Virus record (IMG/VR): IMGVR_UViG_3300017824_001452 | Length of the DNA stretch: 64,000 nt | From: a virus | Strand: one strand, 5' to 3' | Shown: in pieces, positions 56,385-64,000 of the stretch | Numbering within the stretch: the first letter of the stretch is position 1 | Layout: every line of letters starts with the position of its first letter | Translations under genes and position numbers: made by a program | Notes under the pieces: generated by a model | Seen by the model: the letters and a program-made list of their open reading frames with translations, nothing else | Told to the model about the DNA's origin: nothing | The model's database searches: none

Positions 56385-57017
56385 ATGACTAAAGCAATTA
56401 CAGGCGATAATCTTGCTAGGAAACAAGCAGATTCATTTTTCAAAGACATTGACTTTGTTAGTATTGTAGATACAATAAAAAATATCTATATGTCTGACGG
56501 TGCAATGAATACTTTGCTGGACTTTGAAAGAGTCTTAGACGAAGCAGACATATATGCATATAGAAATTGGATCAACGGAGAATTAGTACAAGGTCCTGAT
56601 GTAGGAAGATATTCATGTACATGTACATTTATGTGGCCTTATAAATTAATGCCTGATCCTAGAGCAACATTAAGACTTGCAACAATTGGTTGCAATATTA
56701 AAATGATGAAGTCTAAGATTGAAGTTCCTGTAGCAGTCACATCATACGAAGACTTTCAATCAGGAAGTCGTTACCCTAAAATGAAAGAAAATAAAGTTTG
56801 GTTTATGCAAATTGAAATACCTTTTGAATTAATGGATGATATTAAAGAAGGTAGTGTTGACATTGCAGAAGACACAATTGACTTATCAGAAATCGAAGAT
56901 GCATATGACAATGATTTAGAACAAACAAAATCAGAAGAAGATACAGGCAACGATATGGAAGCAGTTGATGACGTTACTCAAGGCGCACCAAATGATGGCG
57001 GAGCATTTCAAATCTAA
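56385..57017 (+). CDS. hypothetical late protein
   Basis: 210-aa ORF after late promoter. Confidence 0.75.
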   Translation: MTKAITGDNLARKQADSFFKDIDFVSIVDTIKNIYMSDGAMNTLLDFERVLDEADIYAYRNWINGELVQGPDVGRYSCTCTFMWPYKLMPDPRATLRLATIGCNIKMMKSKIEVPVAVTSYEDFQSGSRYPKMKENKVWFMQIEIPFELMDDIKEGSVDIAEDTIDLSEIEDAYDNDLEQTKSEEDTGNDMEAVDDVTQGAPNDGGAFQI

Positions 57018-57565
57018 TGACTATTCTATCTGAAAGTTTAAACTACATGGACATGGAAAATCAAGTTGTTCCTCTTGTATCTATAGATGAATATGCCGCT
57101 AAGATGGGAGAAGACAAAGATATTGTCACAGTAACTTTTATGGTTAAATCAAAATTAGTTGCTGAAGATTTAGTAACATGGTTTGAAAGAGGCTATGATT
57201 TTATTTTAGATGCTAGTATATCAGACGGTGAACTCTCACCTAACAAATGGTTAGTCTTTGTAGAAATGGAAAGACGTTCATGGGTAGCACGTAGAGTATT
57301 AGGTTTATTAAAAGATTTAGAAACACTAACAGGCATGCCTGTCGAAGAATATACTCTTAACATTGACGGTGATGAATATCCAATGGAACTAGAGATTATG
57401 AAACAAAAAATTATTTTAAACCCAACCAAATACGAGATTGAAAAAGAAGAACCCATCAATGATGAACTCAATGAAATGAGACTCAAAGCAGGTTTAGAAT
57501 ACAAAGAATCTGACACTCCCAAAGACGAATACATCAAATCACTTCAAGCAACTGCCGGGATTTAA
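57017..57565 (+). CDS. hypothetical protein, possibly virion-associated
   Basis: 182 aa; N-terminal ILSE site; TAATG coupling. Confidence 0.7.
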   Translation: MTILSESLNYMDMENQVVPLVSIDEYAAKMGEDKDIVTVTFMVKSKLVAEDLVTWFERGYDFILDASISDGELSPNKWLVFVEMERRSWVARRVLGLLKDLETLTGMPVEEYTLNIDGDEYPMELEIMKQKIILNPTKYEIEKEEPINDELNEMRLKAGLEYKESDTPKDEYIKSLQATAGI

Positions 57566-57579
57566 CGGGCAAATTACTG

Positions 57580-57608
57580 TTGACTTCTATATACATGGCT
57601 GTTATAAT
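57580..57608 (+). promoter_or_regulatory. sigma70 promoter with extended -10
   Basis: TTGACT-N17-TATAAT with TGn; ATG 5 nt downstream. Confidence 0.8.
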
Positions 57609-57613
57609 ATAGC

Positions 57614-58450
57614 ATGGACCATTATCAAACATTAGGTGTATCACCTCAAGCCGATCAAAAGGAAATTAAAAGAGCCTATCGAAAACTTGCAGGTAAACAT
57701 CACCCTGATAAAGGCGGAGATGCTGAAAAATTTAAAGAATTACAAAAAGCATATGATACTCTAAGTGACCCACAGAAACGAGCAGAGTATGATAATCCTA
57801 ATCCATTCACACAATTTCAGCAAGGAGGCAATCCGTTTGGTGCAGATAGTCCGTTTGGTGATATCTTTGGTGATATTTTTGGTCAACGTCCTAGAGGAAC
57901 TAGGCGTCCGCAACCTCAACCAATGTATAGAACACAGTTAAATGTTACTTTACGTCAATCATACACAGGTGATATACAAACACTAGAATTAAATACTCCA
58001 CAAGGTAAAAAAGTCGTGCAAGTTACTGTGCCACAAGGTGTACAGACCGGGCAACAGACACGTTATGATAATGTAGTTCAAAACGGAACATCTTTAATTA
58101 TTGATTTTCATGTAATGCAAGATTCATGGTTTGAAAGACACGGAAACAATTTGTTATGTACACATAACATTTCAGTATTAGATTTAATTGTGGGAACACA
58201 TTTTAATTTTACTACGATATCTGGAAAGGTCTTAAAAGTTACAGTAAAACCCAACACACAACCAGGTACACAAATTAAATTAGCAGGACATGGAATGCCA
58301 ATTGCTGATCGAAGAGGTCCTAATTACACTTCTGGAAACAACGGTGACCAAATTATATTGCTTAATGGTATTATACCAGATACAATAGAGCAAGGTGTCA
58401 TAGACTCAATTAAAAAATATAAAGATATCCAAGACTTAAAGCAAAACTAA
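57614..58450 (+). CDS. dnaJ: DnaJ-class co-chaperone (type II, no zinc finger; CbpA-like)
   Basis: J-domain with HPD, G/F region with DIF repeats, C-terminal domain. Confidence 0.92.
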   Translation: MDHYQTLGVSPQADQKEIKRAYRKLAGKHHPDKGGDAEKFKELQKAYDTLSDPQKRAEYDNPNPFTQFQQGGNPFGADSPFGDIFGDIFGQRPRGTRRPQPQPMYRTQLNVTLRQSYTGDIQTLELNTPQGKKVVQVTVPQGVQTGQQTRYDNVVQNGTSLIIDFHVMQDSWFERHGNNLLCTHNISVLDLIVGTHFNFTTISGKVLKVTVKPNTQPGTQIKLAGHGMPIADRRGPNYTSGNNGDQIILLNGIIPDTIEQGVIDSIKKYKDIQDLKQN

Positions 58451-58475
58451 ATAATATTATACAGAGGAAAAACAT

Positions 58476-60758
58476 TTGAACACATCACCAGAAATTGAAA
58501 ATATTATCTCTAGGGCAATCGAAACTGCAAAGTCCTATAATCATCAGTATGTTACTATTGAGCATTTGCTTCACGCATTAGTAACACATCAACCGTTTAA
58601 AAAAGTATTAAATCAATTTAATGTTGATACTGATTTAATGATTGGTGAAATAGAAGCATACTTGAATGGATTACATGCTATCGAATCTAAAGACCCTGAG
58701 TGTGTTCCTAAGAAAACTAATTCACTAGAACGTGTAATGAATAGAGGTGTTACACAAGTTCTATTTACAGGTCGTAGACAAGTCACTACTATGGATCTGT
58801 ATCTATCGATTGCAACTGAAGGAAACACCCATGCACATTATTTCTTATTAAAGTATGGTGTAAACAAAACTCAGTTTATTGAATTTTGGCAAAAGAATTA
58901 TAGACATCAGGATAGTCAAAACATCAGTCAAGACCAAGCAGATGATATTTTAGAAGAATACACAACTAATTTAACTAAATTGGCTAGAGACGATAAACTA
59001 GAACCTGTCATAGGACGTGTGTCTGAAATTGATGACATTATTAATGTTCTAGCAAAACGTTTTAAAGCAAACGTATTAATGGTAGGTGATCCGGGTGTAG
59101 GTAAAACAGCAATTGCAGAAGGTATTGCACAAGCAGTTGTTAACAAAGAAGTACCCGAGTTCTTAGACGGACATGAAGTCTATTCATTAGAGATTGGTAA
59201 CTTACTTGCTGGATCAAAATATCGCGGTGAGTTTGAAGAAAAAGTTAAAGAAGTCATTATGGCTTTAGAAGTTAAAAAGAATTGTATCTTATTCATTGAC
59301 GAAGCCCACACTATGGGAGGCGCTGGATCAACATCGAATGGCTCAGTTGATTTTGCAAACATGATTAAGCCTGCTATTACTAAAGGAACTCTCAAAGTAA
59401 TCGCATCTACTACATGGGAAGAATACTATGAATCGTTTGAAAAAGACAGAGCCCTCATGCGTAGATTCTATCGTGTTTCAATTGATGAACCTTCACATGA
59501 TACTACAATTAGAATTTTACGTGGTTTATCCGATAGATTAAATGACTTCCACGATGTCAACATTACAGAAGATGCAATCGAAGCCGCAGTTGAAATGGCT
59601 GACAGATACATACACGAAAGAAAGAATCCAGATAAGTCTATTGACTTACTTGATGCCGCTTGTGCAAAGCAACGTGTAGCAGAAAACAAAGGTGTTGATA
59701 TCACTAAGACATTGATTTTTGATCAAGTAGAGAAGTTCACAGGCGTTCCTGCTGACAAACTTAAAGGTGATAATGTAGATCGTATTACTAACTTAGACGT
59801 TAATGTTAAAAGTAAGTTGTATGGTCAAGATGATGTAGTTGATAATGTAATCGAAAGAGTTTATGTATCGTTTGCAGGAATCGGCAACGAAACTAAACCT
59901 ATCGCAAGTTTCTTATTTTTAGGACCAACAGGCACGGGAAAAACAGAATTGGCTAAACTGCTGTCTAGTAACTTAGATATGCCACTGCTCAAATACGATA
60001 TGTCCGAGTATTCTGAGAAACACAGTGTAAGCAGTTTGATAGGACCTCCCCCGGGTTATGTAGGTTTTAGTGATTCACAAGTACAAGGCGGACGTTTGAT
60101 ATCAGACTTAAGTAAACAACCTCATTCAATCATGTTGTTTGATGAAGTTGAGAAAGCACACCCTGATATCTTTAATATTTTCTTACAGATGTTAGACGAA
60201 GGTACGATCACTGGGTCTAATGGTAAGCAAGTATCATGTAAGAACTGTTTAATCATTCTCACATCTAACTTAGGTAGTGCAGACGGAGAACGTTCAAACA
60301 TCGGATTCGGTGATACGGACAAAGTAGGCGAAGATGAAAAAGCAATGAAAAACTTCTTTAAGCCAGAGTTTAGAAATAGACTTGACATGGTTTGTAAGTT
60401 TGGTAAACTTGATAAACTATCTATTAAAAAGATTGTTGTTAAATTTGTTGCTGACCTACAAAAAGCACTGCTTGATAAACATAATATCACTCTTAACTTT
60501 AGTGAAGATGCAGTTGATTACTTAGCAGACGTAGGTTATGATAGCAAGTTGGGAGCAAGACCATTAGCAAGAAAAATTGATGAACTTGTAAGAGTCCCAT
60601 TGAGTAAAAAGATTTTATTTGAGAAAATCAAAGATGCTAATGTCATGTGTGTTATTGATCCAGACACTGGAGAGATTGATTTTGCTTCAACGAAAAAACA
60701 GGTTGCTCAAGTAGGTGACGATGGTATCATTGAAGTAGAAGATTCAGACAACATATAA
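58476..60758 (+). CDS. clpA: ClpA-like Hsp100 unfoldase
   Basis: N-domain, two AAA+ modules (GDPGVGKT, GPTGTGKT), short linker, IGF loop; late promoter 58448-58453. Confidence 0.9.
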   Translation: MNTSPEIENIISRAIETAKSYNHQYVTIEHLLHALVTHQPFKKVLNQFNVDTDLMIGEIEAYLNGLHAIESKDPECVPKKTNSLERVMNRGVTQVLFTGRRQVTTMDLYLSIATEGNTHAHYFLLKYGVNKTQFIEFWQKNYRHQDSQNISQDQADDILEEYTTNLTKLARDDKLEPVIGRVSEIDDIINVLAKRFKANVLMVGDPGVGKTAIAEGIAQAVVNKEVPEFLDGHEVYSLEIGNLLAGSKYRGEFEEKVKEVIMALEVKKNCILFIDEAHTMGGAGSTSNGSVDFANMIKPAITKGTLKVIASTTWEEYYESFEKDRALMRRFYRVSIDEPSHDTTIRILRGLSDRLNDFHDVNITEDAIEAAVEMADRYIHERKNPDKSIDLLDAACAKQRVAENKGVDITKTLIFDQVEKFTGVPADKLKGDNVDRITNLDVNVKSKLYGQDDVVDNVIERVYVSFAGIGNETKPIASFLFLGPTGTGKTELAKLLSSNLDMPLLKYDMSEYSEKHSVSSLIGPPPGYVGFSDSQVQGGRLISDLSKQPHSIMLFDEVEKAHPDIFNIFLQMLDEGTITGSNGKQVSCKNCLIILTSNLGSADGERSNIGFGDTDKVGEDEKAMKNFFKPEFRNRLDMVCKFGKLDKLSIKKIVVKFVADLQKALLDKHNITLNFSEDAVDYLADVGYDSKLGARPLARKIDELVRVPLSKKILFEKIKDANVMCVIDPDTGEIDFASTKKQVAQVGDDGIIEVEDSDNI

Positions 60759-60810
60759 TCTCACCTACAGACTATATAAGCATAAATACTCTTATAACAC
60801 GGAGATAATT

Positions 60811-60978
60811 ATGGCTAAAATAGTCGAAGATATGGTAGCAATCAAATTAAGCAAAATTGCAAAAGATGATGCTCCAGACGGTCAATCAATCATAACTGAC
60901 GAAATTGCCTCTCAAATAGAAGCAGTGGCGCAAGAGTTAGTTGGTGAATCAGTTATAGTAGAAATAGTGAGGGGATAG
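60811..60978 (+). CDS. small hypothetical late protein, 55 aa (not in ORF track)
   Basis: MAKIVEDMVAIKLSKIAKDD...VEIVRG; late promoter 60783-60788 and GGAG RBS. Confidence 0.75.
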   Translation: MAKIVEDMVAIKLSKIAKDDAPDGQSIITDEIASQIEAVAQELVGESVIVEIVRG

Positions 60979-60979
60979 A

Positions 60980-61348
60980 ATGTCTCAATCAACAATCCTT
61001 ACATTATTACCACAAACTACATATGACAATGATGGCACGGCTCAGCCTTACGATGTAACAGGTAATGCTGTACAGGGCGCCGCATATTATTTAGGAAATC
61101 AAGACCTACAAACATTATCATATAATTTTTCAGAAGTCACAGGGAATTTAGTAATTGAAGCCGCACTTTCTAATCCTCCCGGAGACAATGACTGGTTCAA
61201 AATTTTTGAAACAGAAGCAAACAATGCCGCTAATCTTAATGCAAACACTAGTTCTTATACAAACTTATCAGGTAACTTTGTTTATTTGAGAGCAAAAATA
61301 GAAGATTTTGCAAATGGTGTTGTTCAATACGTAAAAGTAAGTTACTAA
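60980..61348 (+). CDS. putative virion protein
   Basis: GNLVIEAAL...DWF...GNFVYLRAKI resembles the C-terminus of 6586-7386. Confidence 0.6.
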   Translation: MSQSTILTLLPQTTYDNDGTAQPYDVTGNAVQGAAYYLGNQDLQTLSYNFSEVTGNLVIEAALSNPPGDNDWFKIFETEANNAANLNANTSSYTNLSGNFVYLRAKIEDFANGVVQYVKVSY

Positions 61349-61349
61349 C

Positions 61350-63506
61350 ATGGCAAATATTGTTATTATGCCAGGTGGATTTCACCCATTTCATGCAGGG
61401 CATGCCGCACTTTACAACTCTATAAAAGAGAAGTATGGTAAAGGCTCTGACATCTATGTGGCCGCTAGTAACAATCAAAAAGAACGACCCTTCCCATTTG
61501 AAATTAAAGAAAAATTAGCACAACTTTCAGGTGTACAACCAGGTGAGTTTGTGCAAGTTAAATCTCCGTTTGTACCAACAGAAATCACAAACAAGTATGA
61601 TCCAGACAAAGACACGATTGTTTTTGTACGAAGTGAAAAAGATAAAAATGAATACCCAAAGCCCGGGGCAGTTAAGAAAGACGGATCACCGGGATACTTT
61701 CAACATATAGATACAGCAAAAAGAGGTGCACAACCTTTTAGTAAAGTAGGCTATATGGATTACTTACCAGTTAAAGAATTTGCAGGTATTACTAGTGCTA
61801 CACAAATCAGAGATACGTGGCCTAGTCTTAATGATGATCAACGTGAAGAATTTGTAACACACATTTATCCTAATATAAAAGGCAACGACAAACTAATTAA
61901 GAATGTAGTTAAGTTATTAAGTAAAGGAATGTCCTTAAATGAAGGACTAGCATATATTGATAAAGATGGTAACAGAGTTGATTATACAAGACCTGACTTA
62001 CCCACAGACATTGAAAATTTAGTCATTGATTGGTTTAATGACAGAGACAAATACACTAAGGCAACTTTACAATCTAAAGGATATAAAGTAGACGTTGATG
62101 ATAAGTTCAACAACATTGATATTACAGACAAAAGAGGTAGAAAATATACTGTGTCTACAGACGATGCAATGTCTAAACTTATACAACAAGCATATGCAGA
62201 ACCAATGACTGAAGACAAGAACGATACATTACTTGATACAAAACGTGCAAGAGCAATACTTCAACTTTATACAAGAACAAACGGGTTTGATTTAAGAAAA
62301 ATCATATCAAGCCGTAAACGTGGCGGCGGCACTAACGAAAGAATAATGACAGTAATGCTTAGACCGGACTCTAAGACTTTCAGTAGAGACGATATAGATA
62401 ATCTTTCCGATGAACTTCAAAGAAGATTTAGTGTTACAGTTCCTAGAATGACTATTACAGGTAACGGTAGTTATCTTAATCTAAATCCTGTTGTAGTTAC
62501 AAAAGTAAATGAAGCATTTGTTGACCCAGATCAATCAAAGCAATATTGGAACCACGATGCACAAAAAGTAGGCGTCGGTGGACAAATAGAGTTTCCACTT
62601 ACTGACACACCAAACTTAAATGGCAGAAGACAAGGCTTCAATGAAGGTGAAGAAAGAAGTGATATCGAAACTGCCGCTTATGAATGGTTGCTAGATTATA
62701 AAAGTAAAAATCCTGAAGCAGACTATGAAAAACTGTATTCAGTATTAAAAAATGTTAGCCACGATGATCTTGGTACACAAGAATTAGATTATTTTATAGG
62801 AGAACCATTAGGCTTGAACATGGACAACAAGAATTTAATTGTTGATGCTGTTCTTGCTCAAATGACAGAAGGCGTGCGTAGATACAGATACGAAGAAAGC
62901 ATAGAAAAGATTCGTAACATGATTAAAGAGTCAAGTGACGAACAGAAATCTAAGTCCACAGATTTACATCGCAAACTGTTTGAACTTATGGAAGAAGAAA
63001 AAAACAACGTTGTTAAACTCCGAGGTTTTGGTAGAGAACAAGATAAAAAAGTACCTGATTTAAACATAGTTAGAAAAGAAAAAGAAAAAGAACAACAAAG
63101 AAATCAAGGCGAGTACGATAAGAAAAGACAACAGCAACTTGCATACTTAAGAAAGATACAAGAAGTCTTATTTGAATTGCATGAAGAATTTGCACAGATG
63201 GAACAGTTAGGTCTTTTACCTATCGAAATGAAACAAAACTTTGAAAACGTAAAAGAACTAATTAACTTTGTAGAGAACTATAGTGCTGATGATTTCCCCT
63301 TCACTGATGATGACGGGAACTTACTTGAATCATTGCATGTGAAGACTCTGCAACTTAAAGAATATTTTGGTGGTTGGAGAGACAGACAAGCACCTAGAAC
63401 ATTAAGAAACGATAAGCCAAAACTATCCCCATTAACAAACGTAAATAATGCATTTTGGAACACGATTGATTTGTCCGAAACCGCTGATTATATCGAAGAA
63501 AAATAA
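61350..63506 (+). CDS. HxGH nucleotidyltransferase (cytidylyltransferase-like) fused to a modular tail
   Basis: PGGFHPFHAGH and ITSATQIR in the first ~195 aa; then modules bounded by LNE/MTE/VNE/FNE/IKE/LKE. Confidence 0.75.
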   Translation: MANIVIMPGGFHPFHAGHAALYNSIKEKYGKGSDIYVAASNNQKERPFPFEIKEKLAQLSGVQPGEFVQVKSPFVPTEITNKYDPDKDTIVFVRSEKDKNEYPKPGAVKKDGSPGYFQHIDTAKRGAQPFSKVGYMDYLPVKEFAGITSATQIRDTWPSLNDDQREEFVTHIYPNIKGNDKLIKNVVKLLSKGMSLNEGLAYIDKDGNRVDYTRPDLPTDIENLVIDWFNDRDKYTKATLQSKGYKVDVDDKFNNIDITDKRGRKYTVSTDDAMSKLIQQAYAEPMTEDKNDTLLDTKRARAILQLYTRTNGFDLRKIISSRKRGGGTNERIMTVMLRPDSKTFSRDDIDNLSDELQRRFSVTVPRMTITGNGSYLNLNPVVVTKVNEAFVDPDQSKQYWNHDAQKVGVGGQIEFPLTDTPNLNGRRQGFNEGEERSDIETAAYEWLLDYKSKNPEADYEKLYSVLKNVSHDDLGTQELDYFIGEPLGLNMDNKNLIVDAVLAQMTEGVRRYRYEESIEKIRNMIKESSDEQKSKSTDLHRKLFELMEEEKNNVVKLRGFGREQDKKVPDLNIVRKEKEKEQQRNQGEYDKKRQQQLAYLRKIQEVLFELHEEFAQMEQLGLLPIEMKQNFENVKELINFVENYSADDFPFTDDDGNLLESLHVKTLQLKEYFGGWRDRQAPRTLRNDKPKLSPLTNVNNAFWNTIDLSETADYIEEK

Positions 63507-63582
63507 TTCGAGCAGGCATTCCTACAGTAAATAATAGTAGTTATATACAAGCAACTACATTTATTATTAGGAGTTATTAACA

Positions 63583-64000
63583 ATGGCAAGTCGCAAAAAA
63601 CCCGCCCCTAAGAAGGCAACAAAAGCAACAACAAAGAAAAAAGAAGAGGCTAATATTCCATTAGAAAAACTGGAAGAAGCCGTTGAAGAAATTAATGATA
63701 GTCCGCCTCCGGCGCCACAAGACGGACAAGTTCAAGTAAACGTAGACTTTTTGCGTACAACAAAAGTTCATATTGCAATGCCATGTTATGGTGGTATGTT
63801 GACTGAATCTACATTTATGTCATTTATCAAGTGGGCAAACACTGCTCGTCAGTTAAACATTGACTGGACACTTGAAACAATGGTTAATGAGTCGTTGATT
63901 AGTAGAGCAAGAAACACACTAACAGCAAAATTTTTACATATGCCTGATGCTACTCACTTGATGTTTGTTGACGCAGACATTGGTTGGGAGCCATGGCACT
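63583..64000 (+). CDS. GT-A fold glycosyltransferase-like protein (3' end runs off window)
   Basis: IAMPCYGG, NESLISRARN, THLMFVDADI; late promoter 63528-63533; AGGAG RBS. Confidence 0.8.
   Translation, partial: MASRKKPAPKKATKATTKKKEEANIPLEKLEEAVEEINDSPPPAPQDGQVQVNVDFLRTTKVHIAMPCYGGMLTESTFMSFIKWANTARQLNIDWTLETMVNESLISRARNTLTAKFLHMPDATHLMFVDADIGWEPWH

Noticed and set aside
1-64000. Alternative genetic code (stop-codon reassignment)
   Set aside because: Genes are full length and tightly packed under code 11; TAA, TAG and TGA all end recognisable proteins at expected places
1-64000. tRNA or rRNA genes
   Set aside because: No cloverleaf with T-loop GTTCRA plus acceptor stem found in the intergenic gaps by eye; tRNAscan-SE would confirm

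Overview
A 64-kb, AT-rich, gene-dense segment of a large T4-like (myovirus, probably jumbo) phage genome in the standard genetic code. The host is probably an aquatic proteobacterium, inferred from the IscA sequence and sigma70-type early promoters. Replication genes: UvsW-like helicase, gp62/gp44-like clamp loader, primase, gp41/DnaB helicase, DEDD exonuclease, PD-(D/E)XK nuclease and dNMP kinase. Virion genes: gp13/14/15-like neck, 1202-aa sheath, tube, tube initiator, gp4-like, gp16-like, fibres and baseplate. Host-like accessory genes: def, iscA, phoH, groES, dnaJ, clpA, Nudix, 2OG-Fe dioxygenase, SGNH and glycosyltransferase-like proteins, and an M15 peptidase. No tRNA, rRNA, CRISPR array or clear mobile element was seen. 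Four observations stand out. (1) A miniature, thumb-less family-C (DnaE) polymerase is split into two genes about 47 kb apart, with ends that abut at the FERFLN/PDFDVDF junction and no intein. (2) A 1247-aa putative virion-cargo polyprotein is built from small modules (RMF-like, glycine-zipper, basic and triplicated charged peptides), each bounded by hydrophobic-x-Glu prohead-protease-like sites; the same architecture occurs in an HxGH nucleotidyltransferase and a KxDG ligase-like protein. (3) Many genes appear leaderless: TAAATA late promoters lie exactly 5 nt before ATG, and sigma70 -10 boxes lie 5-7 nt before ATG. (4) Several candidate structured RNA leaders are present. All functional calls come from motif recognition by eye; no database searches were run.
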